Both the position numbers and the translations under genes were made by a program. This document shows positions 26,672 through 40,525 of a stretch of 64,000 nt of DNA, piece by piece. The stretch comes from Paraspadella gotoi (lineage: Eukaryota > Animalia > Chaetognatha). The stretch spans positions 23,782,285-23,846,284 of the forward strand of contig CM119264.1 of NCBI GenBank assembly GCA_051294375.1, written 5' to 3'. The notes under the pieces were generated by a model. That model made no database searches. It saw nothing but the letters and a program-made list of their open reading frames with translations, and was not told the origin of the DNA. The number at the start of each line of letters is the position of its first letter. Position 1 is the first letter of the stretch.

Positions 26672-27173
26672 CTCTTTCTCGGCCGCCGCCATCAACATTC
26701 AATATTCTTCTCTTTTCCATGACATGAATTCCGAGGGAAGCCGCCACACGACTGTTGCAGCAGTAGTGCTGTTGTAGCACGAATGCTGTTGCGGCAGGAG
26801 AGCTGCTGTTAATTCTCTAGAAAAAGCTTCTCATCTTCTCCTCTCGACCTGGCCTGAATTGGTACGGAAAAAAAAACCTTGTCTCTTGTTGGAATAGAAA
26901 AGCTAAACTGGATTGAAAAATCCCGCACACCACGGTCTTTCAGTTCCATCGGTGACCGTGCATAGCGAGAAAGAGTTTGATTTATCTTGGAACAGATACG
27001 AAATATCTCTTAATACTATTTAAAAAAAAGACTGGGGAAGACAAACCACAGGAGTTACAACTGCCTTAAACTAAAGAAAGGTTCGTTTTGAATAACTCCG
27101 CACATATAAGATGATGACCTCGTTTTCACTGCATAACTGTCCCCAAGTCAAACATCCCTAACATTTGACTCAC

Positions 27174-27394
27174 CTGAACACGTCTCGACATTTAATCTTT
27201 GGTTTGTAATAAACCAGAAGCTTTTTGTAGCCGCAGGATGGGTAAGGGATGGAGGCGTTCCAGTAGCTGTGCACGGAGAGGCTGCAGCGGAGCAGCTTCC
27301 CGTTGTCCGAAGGCTTCGGATCGATCGCCAGCTTCGAGATGCTGTAGTTTCCGAGGGTTGAGGCTTGGCCTGTGATGCCGCGGGTCTCGCCCAC
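27174..27394 (-). CDS. IgSF receptor exon 4, copy a (Ig2 C-terminal half, C2-type)
   Basis: Acceptor ctttccaag, donor gtgagt, 221 nt, phase 0-2. VGETRGITGQASTLGNYSISKLAIDPKPSDNGKLLRCSLSVHSYWNASIPYPSCGYKKLLVYYKPKIKCRDVF. The PxxxDNGKxLxC motif is typical of C2-set (CD80/nephrin-like) Ig domains. Confidence 0.85.
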
Positions 27395-27710
27395 CTTGGA
27401 AAGAAGGTTGGTGGTTAGACAGGGTGGGATTGTGGAGTGGAAGAAGACGAGACAGAAATAGACCACGAGAGAGAGATGAGAGAGAAGAGAGAGAGAGAGA
27501 GAAGAGAGAGAGAAGAGAGAGAGAGAGAGAGATGAGAGAGAGAGTAGAAATTGAAATTAAATTGAAAAAACAAAAGTAAGCTGTAGGCCTACGCTAGTCC
27601 CTGTAATTTAAACAGACTCCTAGTATACAGGCACACCATTCATTCCACTTGCTCATAAGTATAGTACTTATGCATCATGTTTTGTTCTAGTTTTACTAAA
27701 TGTGTTAACT

Positions 27711-27754
<44 letters not shown>

Positions 27755-27808
27755 AGTAGAGAGAGAGAAGAAGAGAGAAGAGAGAGAGAGAGAGAAGAGA
27801 GAGAGAGC

Positions 27809-27860
<52 letters not shown>

Positions 27861-28873
27861 GACAGAAAAAAAAACGTCANNNNNNNNNNNNNNNNNNNNN
27901 NNNNGGCAAAGAGGGGGGAGCGAAAGCCCTCGCTCCATTCGGTAAACAACCCGCGCGCGTTCTGCGAGATTCTCATTGATTTTCATCTCCGAAGCAAAAG
28001 TAGACGAATATTCATTCATTATGCAAATTTTTTTGTTCCGCGCAAAGCGAAGAAGTTTTTTTTTTTTTTTTTTTTTTGGCGCGAAGTCGACCGTTTTTAC
28101 TTTTAGAGTTTTTTAATCTTTTTTTTTTTCTGGCTAGGAGATTTTTTAAGAGTCTTTGTTTTTTATTATTACTATATTTAGGTCAGTGAAAATTGCTTAA
28201 TAATTAATCTATATGTAGTCTATGTTGGTAAAACAAAGTTTTTAAAAACTTTTTAAGGTCCAGACGTTGGATCTTTAATAATGATCACAACGGCTAATTC
28301 TGAATGCAGACACTACTACGTCCAATTTTTTTTTATTCCGCATCTGTAATCAAGATCTGAATCCTGAATTCAGATCTGAATCCTGAATTCAGATCTGCCT
28401 CACAAATGAGATCCATTTGTCTCAAAAGTTTATAAACGAGCGTCCATTCGCGAGACGGCCACCTGACGCCGTCAACTCATGAAGGGGTCGCCTGGCGAAT
28501 TCATATAAAAATCCCCCGGCAGATTTACAAGGGTCGCCTGGCAAATTTATGAGGGATCATATTCATGAGGCAAATCTATGTATTTAGCGTATCGTCTTGT
28601 ATTTTCACAAGTACTCCCAACGTATCGCCTGACGAAATCATGCAAGATCGGATTGTGAAATTTAAAACTAATGAAAGATCTTTGGTCAGTGGATGTCGAT
28701 TATGTGGCGAGAAATTTCCCGGCTTTTTTTTTTTAAAGTTAATAACTGTCAAAACTCTCTACGTGGTTACGAGTTACTCACAACAAAATAAATATAATTT
28801 AGTAACCCATTCACAGACATAAAACCTACCCAAACCCTCACCCACGCTGCGCCCTCTCTCCAAAAACACTCAC

Positions 28874-29037
28874 CTGCCAAGAGAGCTGAGGATTGACGTC
28901 CAAACTGGCCGTGACCTGACAGTAGAAGTAGGCCTTCTCTCCCTCGTGCAGAACCGACTGCGGCGGCATGCAGCTGGGAAGACCGACCACCATCAGCGTC
29001 GCGGAGAGGATGTTGCTGCACTTGTATCGACCGGCAT
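28874..29037 (-). CDS. IgSF receptor exon 3 (end of Ig1, start of Ig2)
   Basis: Acceptor ctcttag, donor gtgagt, 164 nt, phase 1-0. DAGRYKCSNILSATLMVVGLPSCMPPQSVLHEGEKAYFYCQVTASLDVNPQLSWQ. The canonical DxGxYxC motif is completed across the exon 2/3 junction. Confidence 0.9.
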
Positions 29038-29401
29038 CTAAGAGGNNNNNNNNNNNNNNNNNNNNNNNNNNNNNNNNNNNNNNNNNNNNNNNNNNNNNNN
29101 NNNNNNNNNNNNNNNNNNNNNNNNNNNNNNNNNNNNNNNNNNNNNNNNNNNNNNNNNNNNNNNNNNNNNNNNNNNNNNNNNNNNNNNNNNNNNNNNNNNN
29201 NNNNNNNNNNNNNNNNNNNNNNNNNNNNNNNNNNNNNNNNNNNNNNNNNNNNNNNNNNNNNNNNNNNNNNNNNNNAAGAAAACGAATTTTTATTCGTTTC
29301 TTTTTCTGGCGTGGTTGCGGTATTTCATTAAATTAATGAAATTCTGACGTTGAGACGAGCATTAACGCTATTACGATCGCGCCCTTCATTTATTACTAAT
29401 T

Positions 29402-29500
29402 CAGCTAATTCATTACCTAATTCATTTATTAATATTTCGCAGCTAATTCATTACCTAATTCATTTATTACTATTTCGCAGCTAATTCATTACCTAATTTA
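29402..29500. repeat. 38-bp tandem repeat (about 3 units) rich in TAAT/ATTA
   Basis: cagctaattcattacctaatt at 29402, 29440 and 29478; mirrored at about 42557-42660. Confidence 0.8.
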
Positions 29501-30335
29501 TTTTTATCGCGCTTTTAGCAAATTACGATCTCTCGAGGTAAGTTACGTGCATTCTAGCCCGTTATTTATGAAACATTTCGACGATAAAATGGAAATATTG
29601 CGTTATTTAGTCAATGAACCAACTAGTAATTTAACAACCCTTTTGTTGTTTTCTGTTAAATTGCACTTTCTTAACAATAAAACGACCCGAATTAACAAAG
29701 AGTCGGAAAATAAAACGTCTTTCTAAGCAAAACGAACCTCGGCTAAAAGACATAAAAAGGATCTATCAGAGCCGGAGGACAAAGCACCAAATAACACTTG
29801 CCACATTCCCTTTTTTCTCGAGACTCTCCTGACCGGAAGGGGTTCTTCCGTCGCGCTCCGGAAGTGTTTCTCGTAATTGCCGGAAATGGCCGAGGACCGG
29901 GAAAAAAAAAGGCGGAAACCTCCCACGGCCTGGGAACTCAGGTGCCAAAGACAACAACGACGACGATGACGACGACGAAGACGACCGGAGATTCCCTCGA
30001 GTTAGAAACATCGCCGTCGGACTATTTTTCCTCCTCCGACCGCAGGTGGCAAAAACGCCGCCGCCGCCGCCGCCGTCTCTACCGGCGTCCTCCACCGCTG
30101 GAGAAAACGATTCTTTGCCGACGCCGGAAAAAAAGAAATTCCCCGCCGCCGCCGCCGGACGCCGGAGGGAAAATATGATGGAGAATCGCAAAAATCAAAA
30201 ATCGCGAAAATCGTTAAAATGAAAAATCGAGAAATTTTTCCTCTTCTTTCCTTCTTTTCATTTTCTTCCTTCCTTTCCTCCAGCGCGCGTCTCCCGTTAC
30301 CCTTTTCTCATTTGTTGGTGAAAAATGAGAAACTC

Positions 30336-30382
<47 letters not shown>

Positions 30383-31428
30383 ATCCCTCTACCTCTTTCT
30401 CTCTCACTCACTCTCGCTCTCTCTCCCGTGGGAGAAGGCGAGCGAGAGAGAGAGAGAGCGAAAGCGAGAGAGAGTTACAGTATCGCAATAACGACGGCCG
30501 GCGACACGATGCCTCCTTGGCTGCCTGGTCGCTCTCTCTCTTTCTCTCTATCTCTCTCCTTCTCTCTCTCTCTCCCTCCCCTAATGGTTTTAAATTTCTT
30601 TTATGGTTTTACAATCCATTCAAGATTGAAAGCCGGAGTTTCACTATCGCGTTGTTTTAACGGCTATAGATGCGCGTTCTGTTTCTCTCTCTTTCTCTCT
30701 CTCTCTCTTNNNNNNNNNNNNNNNNNNNNNNNNNNNNNNNNNNNNNNNNNNNNNNNNNNNNNNNNNNNNNNNNNNNNNNNNNNNNNNNNNNNNNNNNNNN
30801 NNNNNNNNNNNNNNNNNNNNNNNNNNNNNNNNNNNNNNNNNNNNNNNNNNNNNNNNNNNNNNNNNNNNNNNNNNNNNNNNNNNNNNNNNNNNNNNNNNNN
30901 NNNNNNNNNNNNNNNNNNNNNNNNNNNNNNNNNNNNNNNNNNNNGCCAGATCGAATCTACGTTTATCTTCCTCATTCTCAAAGGGAAATCTCGAACTGCA
31001 GCCTCGCCTCGGCTTTGAACCAACAAGTTCAGGCGGTTGGTTTCAAAATCAGCAATCGTTTCCAATCCGGGACTTTTCTGACACATGATTTACGGGTATT
31101 TAAAAAAAGAAATTAAACACACGAAGCCCGAAGCGCACTGTTAGAGACTCCTTTATGTCCCGCCAGCGACAAGCTATCTTATTCATTGAACGAATGGATA
31201 ATTTTAATAATGGTAGTACCAGTTCCAATTACCAACGAGAGGAACCACTGGCATTACGAAATAAGAATAAATTTCTGACCCAAAACCTGAACCCCAACTT
31301 TCAGATCTTAACCTCAAGCAGGAAGATTGGCCTGTCATTTCTTCAGGCATTTCTCCAGTCATTCCTCAAGGCATTCCAACAGGCTATTCTCCAGGCATTC
31401 CTCACCCCCTTACCTCCCAAAACCTTAC

Positions 31429-31587
31429 CCTCGAAAGTGACGTTCTTGACGAGGAGAGTGTTCGTCTTCCCGCTTCTCTTGTATCCGTATTTGTGGAGAT
31501 CGATGGATTGATCGACGGGGCCGCTCCCGAGGAAGAGGACTTTCTCGAAGACATCGTCGTCGTTGAGCTTGATCCAGACTGCGCTGC
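31429..31587 (-). CDS. IgSF receptor exon 2 (middle of Ig1)
   Basis: Acceptor ttccctacag, donor gtaagg, 159 nt, phase 1-1. (G)SAVWIKLNDDDVFEKVLFLGSGPVDQSIDLHKYGYKRSGKTNTLLVKNVTFE(D) contains the C-strand Trp and the E-strand LxVxNV motif. Confidence 0.88.
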
Positions 31588-34141
31588 CTGTAGGGAACAG
31601 ATGGTGAGGGAAGATGGTGAGAGAGAGAGATGGTGAATGGAGATGATCTAAGAAAAGGTGATACGAAAATAAGTATAGAAAATATCTCGAAGATTAGTTT
31701 TTCTTCACGCCTTTTTAATTCTATATTTATGTATTTTGTTGCTGATGTTATACATCAGTGATTTATGCTATTGTATCATACTTGATATTAAATAAAATTG
31801 TCATTAAACGAACATGAAAAGAGAAAGTAAAAAAATGTGACGAAGAGATCAAGAAGCTGAAGTTGTTGACTAGAATGACATAGTCGATAATATTTATCAT
31901 ATAATGTAAAATAAGACATATGAAAATAAGTGCATTTCAAGTAAGAATAAAAAAAAATAGCTGACGCGTAAAGCAGATGTCACATGTCAAATTATGATTA
32001 TGACGAAGATAAATTCAATGATAATGCGAGAGAGAGAGAGAGNNNNNNNNNNNNNNNNNNNNNNNNNNNNNNNNNNNNNNNNNNNNNNNNNNNNNNNNNN
32101 NNNNNNNNNNNNNNNNNNNNNNNNNNNNNNNNNNNNNNNNNNNNNNNNNNNNNNNNNNNNNNNNNNNNNNNNNNNNNNNNNNNNNNNNNNNNNNNNNNNN
32201 NNNNNNNNNNNNNNNNNNNNNNNNNNNNNNNNNNNNNNTTTAAATTTACGACCGCCAGAGGGAAACGAGAGAAAGTCGACGAAAACAAAAGGGGAGGTTA
32301 AGGGAGAAACAAAGAAACGAAACAAGACGAAGAGAGCGGAAAAAAAAGAAGGGAAAAAAAATTTAAGGAAAAAAAATTGGTATATTTTTTGTTTGGAAAG
32401 AAATAAATTTGATTTATCGAGCAAAAAAAAACAACATTGTTTTAAAATTGAATGACGTCGAGAACAAAGGAAGGAACTTGAATCGCCCTTAACGAAAGCA
32501 CGTCTCCTCTTTTATGTCATGTCTGTCTCATCTTTTTTGTGTCATGTCTTTTTCCTCAATCATTCTTTGTGTCAAAACTCTCAGTATTTTTCTATGTTAC
32601 ATGTCTGTCATTGTCTGTCTCCATCTCCATCCTCTATTGTGTCCTAACTCTCGCAATTATCCTTTGTCTTCTCCTTGCGTCATGTCATGTTGTATGCCAT
32701 ATAAGCCACGTCTAACGTCTTCTTTGGTTCAAGTCTGGTTCCTCCTTTGTCTCCTTCTTTCTCACGTTTTTCTAATATTTTCTCTCATGTCTTCTTTTTC
32801 TTTCCTTTTCTCTTCTCTATCTCTAATATCTTTTCTTTTTTTCATTTTTCCTTTTCTCTTCTCTTTAGTCGGTCGCACTGATTTTCTTAATCTCCCACCC
32901 CGATATTTTCTTTTCTTTCTCCATCATATTCATATCCTTTCTTTTCTTTTCTCTTCTCTGACCTTTTTGCCTCTTGATTCCATCAGTTTTGTTTTTGTGG
33001 CGTTTGTTTTCATTCGTTGTCCTTGCTTGCTTGCTTGCTTATTTTCGTCGTCGTGGTTGTTCTGTCATGTTTGCCAGTTTATTTTCATCGTCTTGGTTGT
33101 TCTGTCATGCTTGCCAGTTTATTTTCATCCTTGGGGTTATTGTTTCTTGCTTGCTTGCTTTCGTCGTCGACGTGGTTGATGTTGTTGTTTCTCGTTGTTG
33201 TTGTTGTTGTCGGTTTTATTTTCGTCATCGACGTCGTCACCATTCGCTTTTCATTTCTCTCTTTTCGTCTTGAGCTTCCAATTCGGAATTTGACCCCATT
33301 TTGTCGTCGTCGTCATCGTCATTGTCTTCTCCGGCGTCGTCGTCGTCGTCACGTGATTCTGAGCTCAAGAATCGTGTGAAACTTGGATGAGGACGAAGAA
33401 ACGAAGCGAAAGAACAAAAGAACAAAAGAGGAACAAAGAAAAAAGTCCGATGGAAAATTCTTAAGGAAAATACGTGAGTTACCAACGATGTTAACCTTTA
33501 GTATTTTGTATCTGTTAATTTTACGCAATGTTCTTTTTTTTGCCATAATGTTTAAACTTTAAAGTTGTATATAAACAATTATTGACATACCTGTTTTCAT
33601 TCTCTGCTGATTCACATCAATAACATCATCTACTGTTCCACGACTGGGCGAGAATATTATGTTTCATACCTAACTAGGAATGAAAAAGCGATTTCATTGT
33701 TCTCCAAAAAGATCTGCAGGAACTTTATTCTTCACACCACAGTGGACAACACTTCACACGAATTGAATCGCCGGCCAAACCGGTGAGGTGGAGGAAGGTT
33801 GGAGACCTGTGGCGGATCGTTTCACATGCAATTTTAGTAATTTCGATAAAAGAATTTCGACGGATGCGGCAGGTCAAAATTTTGTGAAATTTTCGCGCCC
33901 AATCGACCGTTTATTTTCGGTGAAATCTTCGAAGTTTTTCGTGATTTCGTTTTTTTTTTTTCTCGCAAATTTCGATCAAATTTACAAGACAGCGAACAAG
34001 GGAAATTTTATATTTTCGAATTCGCACATTCATTGCGAGTTCTTTCCGTCTTAGTATCATGATGGATGTCTTTCGTACACTGATTTCATTTGTTTCGTCG
34101 ACGTCGGCTTTCGTCCGTATTACGCGCGATTTCGCCAGATG

Positions 34142-34277
34142 CTTCGCCCTTGCCTTCGCCCTTCGGCCATTCGCCCTTAATTCTAGGCCTTCATTCTTCG
34201 CCCTTCCCCTTCGTCTTTCGCCTTCGCCCTTCATCCTTCGCCCTTCGCCCTTCGCCCTTCGCCCTTGCGCCTCGCCT
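34142..34277. repeat. (TTCGCCC)n heptamer repeat upstream of exon 1
   Basis: Degenerate ttcgccc units; also at about 45400-45480 and reversed at 46876-46910. Confidence 0.75.
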
Positions 34278-34489
34278 TGTGTTGCCGCACGAAGAGTTCG
34301 TCATCTAGTTCGCCGTGGGATCATCGTCGTCTCCTTCGTCTTTATCCTCCACTTCCTTCCTAGATAAACCCGCAATCTCCCTCTCTATCCCCTTCTTCTC
34401 TTCCATATTTCCATCTCCATCTACATCAGTACCTCTATCTCCATCTTTCCCTCAATCTCTCTCCCTCAACCTCGACGACGACGAAGACG

Positions 34490-34735
34490 ATGAAGAATGA
34501 CGACGACGACGCCGACGACGACGACGGCTCGTCTAGTTCCACAGAGTTTCGCCGCCACGATCTTCTCCCGGCCTTCCTCACCCTTCCGCCCCTGATCTGC
34601 CCGTGCTGCTGGCCGCCCTGCTGCCCTGCATCCTCCCTCTTTCTCATCTTTCTTCCTTCCGCCGAGTGCATTCAACAGTTCCAGACTGTCGTTCCTGTTG
34701 GAACAGACGTCGCCTTCGACTGCGTGTCTTGTCCG
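34490..34735 (+). pseudogene. Inverted copy of IgSF exon 1 (frameshifted; probable assembly duplicate)
   Basis: Reverse complement of 43215-43449. Shares LFLIF.PSAECIQQFQTVVPVGTDVAFDCVS; donor degraded to gtgatg. Confidence 0.7.
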
Positions 34736-37700
34736 GTGATGTTCAGTGATGTTTGCTGTTGCTGCTTCTGCTTGGCAGATGCTGCTTTTTTACTCTTTCT
34801 TTATTTTAATTAAGACTGCTAAAGACATTTTTTTATTTATCAATAATTACAATAAATTTATTATTAGTTTCCCGGCATTTCCGCATTGCGCTCCGCTGAT
34901 CTTCGCCGCTGAGGATTAAACTCAATTATTTCCTCCAATTACAATTTTGCGATTAACTTTTAAAACTCATTTTCGTCGGTAAAGTCGTCGTTGACCGTTC
35001 TACTACCAACCGTCATCCATCATCATCATCATCATCATCATCATATCATCATCATCATATCATCATCATCATCATCATCGTCATCATCTATCAATCGTCA
35101 TCATCATCGTGACAATAAATCATCATAACCTTAATCTCTATTACTAATAATCCCTTCACATTAATATTCCCTCCTACCTTTCATTTTCTCCGCCTCTCCC
35201 GCGCTTTCACCTCCACCGCCATTTCCGCACCATCTCCCACCCCACCCTCTTTCATTAAGTCTTTCTCTTTCTTTCGCTGATTCGATTTCAATTAAGCCGC
35301 CTGCAATTGGACTTTTTCTTCTCCGCGTCTCCCACCACCCCCCCCTCTTGACCCCCTCCTGCGCCCCCACTATTTCTCGAGTTTCACCAGGCACGCTTTG
35401 CTTTTTTTTTCATGCTTTTGACTCTCTGCTTCGAATTTCCTACTTTTCTTGCCATCGACGCTTTATTTTTTCGCTTCTTTCTCGTATTCTGGGCTCTAGT
35501 ACTTTTTTTTTTACTTTTTTGCCTCTTTGCCCTTTCTGTACATGAGTTTACCGGCTTGACGACGGCAAGCGAACGACTATAATGACGACGACCACAACCA
35601 TAATAACGACGACGACGCGCGTTTTAAATTTCAAATTCTACTCAAGTATCTTTGACAATAAAAACTTTTAAAAAAACCTTTAAGGTCGACAGGAAGAAAA
35701 AAGTTTTATACTCAAGAAAAAGAAAACTATTTTTGAGAGTGGACCATGCTGCGAGAAAACAAATGCTGTTGCGGCCGCAGTACTCTGCTTATCTACGTGT
35801 ATTCTCGTGAATACATGATGACTTGACAAGACATCATGAGGTGAACTATAACATGACGTACATAATGACTACAACAACATTTTTATGCCATGATATTTGA
35901 TGACATGCGCTGCATCCAATTCTGTCTTTTATTAGTTGCGCGCGAGTACTCGTGGAGCAACTCAAGAAGTCCTTTTTGTGCGTCTGTTTGGTACCATCAG
36001 TTGGTCCGTCGGTCCATGTTCCTCAGTCGATATGGTCTGTTCGCGTAGGTTCTGTCCCACTTACGTGTAAAACGTGATTGGCTTATAACCTGCAATATAA
36101 TTGTTGCTCAATATTGTTCAGACAGAAAAAGCATCAAATTAAGGGACTGCTATGAGCACCTGTATGGAAATCCTAAAACTTAAAAATTAAAAATACAAAT
36201 TTCTGATGCGTGCGTGTTAGAAATCATTGTTATTGTATCATGTGTCATGTACATATATCATGTTGTCACAAGAATACACGTGATAAGACTGCACTGGGCG
36301 CAACACATTTTGAATTACCATTCATGAATAGTATTTAATACTTACATTTCCACAACATATCTTTATTGCTTTCTCGCACATTTTTCATAGTAGCGAATAG
36401 ACTGAGATTAAGTCGCAAATATAANNNNNNNNNNNNNNNNNNNNNNNNNATCATCATCATCATCAATCATCATCATCATCATCATCGTCATCATATATCG
36501 TCATCATCATCGTGACAATAAATCATCATAACCTTAATCTCTATTACTATAATCCCTTCACATTAATATTCCCCACTATTCATTTTCTCCGCCTCTCCCG
36601 CGCTTTCACCTCCACCGCCATTTCCCCCACCATCTCCCACCCCACCCTTTTCATTAAGTCTTTCTCTTCTCTTTCGCTGATTCGATTTCAATTAAGCCGC
36701 CTGCAATTGGACTTTTTCTTCTCCGCGTCTCCCCCCCCTCTTGAACCCCCTCCCTGCGCCCCCCACTGATTTCTCCGGCAACGAACTTTGCTTTTTTTTT
36801 CATGCTTTTGACTCTCTGCTTCGAATTTCCTACTTTTCTTGCCATCGACGCTTTATTTTATTCGCTTCTTTTCTCGCTATTCTGGGCTCTAGTACTTTTT
36901 TTTTTACTTTTTTGCCTCTTTGCCCTTTCTGTACATGAGTTTACCGGCTTGACGACGGCAAGCGACGACTATAATGACGACGACCACAACCATAATAAAA
37001 CGACGACGACGCGCGTTTTAAATTTAAATTTACTCAAGTATTCTTTGACAATAAAAACTTTTAAAAAACCTTTAAGTCGACAGGAAGAAAAAAGTTTTAT
37101 ACTCAAGAAAAAGAAAACTATTTTTGGAGTGGACCATGCTGGAGAAAACAAATGGTTGCGGCCGCAGTACTCTGCTTATCTACGTGTATTTCTCGGTGAA
37201 ATGACATGATGACTTGACAAGACATGCCATGAGGTAAGTAGAATAACATACGTGCTAACATGACTACATGATAACATTTTTTAGCAGTATATTTTGATGA
37301 CATGCGCTGCATCAAAAATTCGTCTTTTATTAGTTGCCGCAGCGAGTACTCGTGGAGCAACTCAAGAAGTCACTTTTTGATTGCGTCTGTTTGGTACCAT
37401 CAGTTGGTCCGTGGTCACATTGTTCATCAGTCGATATGGTCTGTTCGCGTGGTCTGTCCCAACTTACGTTAAAACATTGCTTATAACCTGCATATAATTG
37501 TTGCTCAATATTGTTAAGACACGAAAAACATCAAATTAAGGGACTGCTATGAGCCCCTGTATGGAAATCCTAAAACTATAAAAAATAAAAAACAAAATTT
37601 CGATGCGTGCGTGTTAGATAAGCTCGAGTTATTTGTAGTCATGTAGTCATGTACATCATATCATAGATCACGTGAAGACACTCGGCAACACATTTGATAT

Positions 37701-38574
37701 TTGTTTTTAGTTAACAGAGTGCTGCATCGCTAGTGGGCGGTCAACAAATACAATTTATATTTGTAAGTGGTAAACGACAGATATACACGACCACGCGAGC
37801 CGACGCGGATTGTTAAGTCTCCGCGAGTACTCGCCAACGCACTATAACTATTAACACACAATTTTACTTATTTCCACAACATATCTTTATTGCTTTTTCG
37901 CACTTTGTTCATAGTAGCGAATAGACTGAGATTAAGTCGCAAATATCCAATAATTTGTTTATATAAACTTTAAAGTTTAAACATTATTGCCGAAAAAAAG
38001 AAAATTGTGTTAAAATTAACAGATACAAAATCTAAAGGTTAAATCGTTGGTGACTCACGTATTTTCCTTAAGAATTCCATCGGACTTTTTTTCTTTGTTC
38101 CTCTTTTGTTCTTTTGTTCTTTCGCTTCGTTTCTTCGTCCTCATCAAGTTTCACACGATTCTTGAGCTCAGAATCACGTGACGACGACGACGAGCCGGGA
38201 AGGACATGACGACGACGACGACGACAAAATGGGGTCAAATTGAATGGAAGCTCAAGACGAAAAGAGAAGAATGAAAGCGAATGGTGAGAACGTCGATGAC
38301 GAAAAAAAACCGAACACACAACAAAACACACACGAGAACAACAACATAACGACGTCGACGACGAAAAGAAGCAAGCAAGAAACAATAACCCAAGGATGAA
38401 AATAAACTGGCAAGCATGACAGAACACCACAGACGAATGAATAAGAAGGCAAGACATGACAGAACAACCAGAGACGAAAATAGCAAGCAAAGCAAGCAAG
38501 GCACGATGAAAACAAAGCCACAAAACAAAACTGATGGAATCAAGAGGCAAAAGGTCAGGAAGAGAAAAGAAAAG

Positions 38575-39245
38575 AACAGGATATGAATAGATGGAGAAAG
38601 AAAAGAAAATATCGGGGTGGGAGATTAAGAAATAGTGCGACAGATAAAGAGAAGAGAAAAGAAAAATGAAAAGAAAGATATTAGAGATAGAAAGGAAAGA
38701 AAAAGGATAAGAGAAAATATCGGGGTGGGAGATAAAGAAAATCAGTGTGACAGCAACGAAAGAGAAAGAGAAAAAGAAAAGAAAGGAATTGAATAGATGG
38801 AAGAAAGAAAGAAAATATCGGGATGGGAGATTAAGAAAATCAGGCGACAGACGAAAGAGAAGAGAAAAGGAAAGAAAGGATATGATAGATGGAAGAAAGG
38901 AAAAGAAAATATCGGGATGGGAGATTAAGAAAATCAGTGCGACAGACGAAAGAGAAGAGAAAAGAAAAAGAAAGGATATGAATAGATGGAAGAAGAAAAG
39001 AAAATATCGGGGTGGGGAGATTAAGAAAAATCAGTGCGACAGACTAAAGAGAAGAAAAAGAAAAGAAAGGATATGAATAGATGGAAGAAAGGAAAGAAAT
39101 ATCGGGGTGGGAGATTAAGAAAATCAGTGCGACAGACGAAGAGAAGAGAAAAGAAAAGAAAGGATATGAATAGATGGAAGAAAGAAAAAGAAAATATCGG
39201 GATGGGAGATTAAGAAAATCAGTTGCGACAGCGAAAGAGAAAAGA
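38575..39245. repeat. ~95-bp tandem repeat, about 7 units
   Basis: Core aaatatcgg(g/a)tgggagattaagaaaatcagtgcgacag at about 38609, 38717, 38814, 38909, 39004, 39099 and 39194. Confidence 0.88.
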
Positions 39246-39884
39246 AAAAAGAACAAAATGAAAAAAAGAAAGATATTAGAGATAGAGAAGACAAAAGGAG
39301 AGAAAAAGAAGACATGAGAGAAAATATTAAAAAACATGACAAAGGAAACAGAGAGGAACCAGACTTGAACCAAAAGACAAAACATGGACATACATCCTGA
39401 CATGACGCAAGGAAAGACAAAGGATAATTGCGAGAGTTAGGACACAATATAGGATTTAGATGGAGACAGACAATGACAACATGTAACATAGAAAAATACT
39501 GAGAGTTTTGACACAAGAATGATTGAGGAAAAAAGACATGACACAAAAATGATGAGGCAGACATGACACAAAAGATGAGGCAGCATGACATAAAAGAGAC
39601 GTGCTCGAGCTAAGTAACCCTAGTTAAGGGCGACTCAAGTTCCCTTCTTTGTTCTCGACGTGATTCATTTTAAAACAATGTTTTTTTTTGCTCGATAAAT
39701 AAATTTATTTCTTCCAAACAAAAAATATACCATTTTTTTTTCCTAAATTTTTTTTCCCGCTCTTTTAGTCTTGTTTCGTTCTTCTTTGTTTTCTCCCTTA
39801 ACCTCCCCTTTTGTTTTCGTCGACTTTCTCTCGTTTTCCTCTGCGCGGTCGTAAATTTAAAAGTCTTTCTCTTTCTCTCTCTCA

Positions 39885-39915
<31 letters not shown>

Positions 39916-39926
39916 CTCTTCTCTCT

Positions 39927-39963
<37 letters not shown>

Positions 39964-40004
39964 CTTTGACCGCACTGGTTTAAACCACTTTCCATTCTTC
40001 GTGG

Positions 40005-40046
<42 letters not shown>

Positions 40047-40051
40047 TCTCT

Positions 40052-40093
<42 letters not shown>

Positions 40094-40525
40094 GCATTAT
40101 CATTGAATTTTATCTTCGTCATAATCATAATTTGACATGTGACATCTGCTTTAGCGTCAGCTATTTTTTTATTCTTACTGAAATGCACTTATTTTCATAT
40201 GTCTTATTTACATTATATGATAAAATATTCTCGACTATGTCATTCTAGTCAACAACTTCATCTTCTTGATCTCTTCGCCACATTTTTTAAACTTTTTTTT
40301 CATGTCGTTTAACGACAATTTTATTTAATATTAAGCATTATACAATAGCATAAATCACTGATGTATTACATCAGCAACAAAATACATAAATATAGAATTA
40401 AAAAGGCGTGAAGAAAAACTATCTTTCGAGATATTTTTCTATATCTTATTTTCGATCACCTTTCTTAGATCATCTCCATTCACCATCTCTCTCTCTCACC
40501 ATCTCCTCACATCTGTTCCCTACAG

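Noticed and set aside
38575-39245. Regularly spaced conserved cores as a CRISPR-like repeat-spacer array
   Set aside because: The intervening sequence is also repeated (AAAG-rich), so this is a plain tandem repeat.
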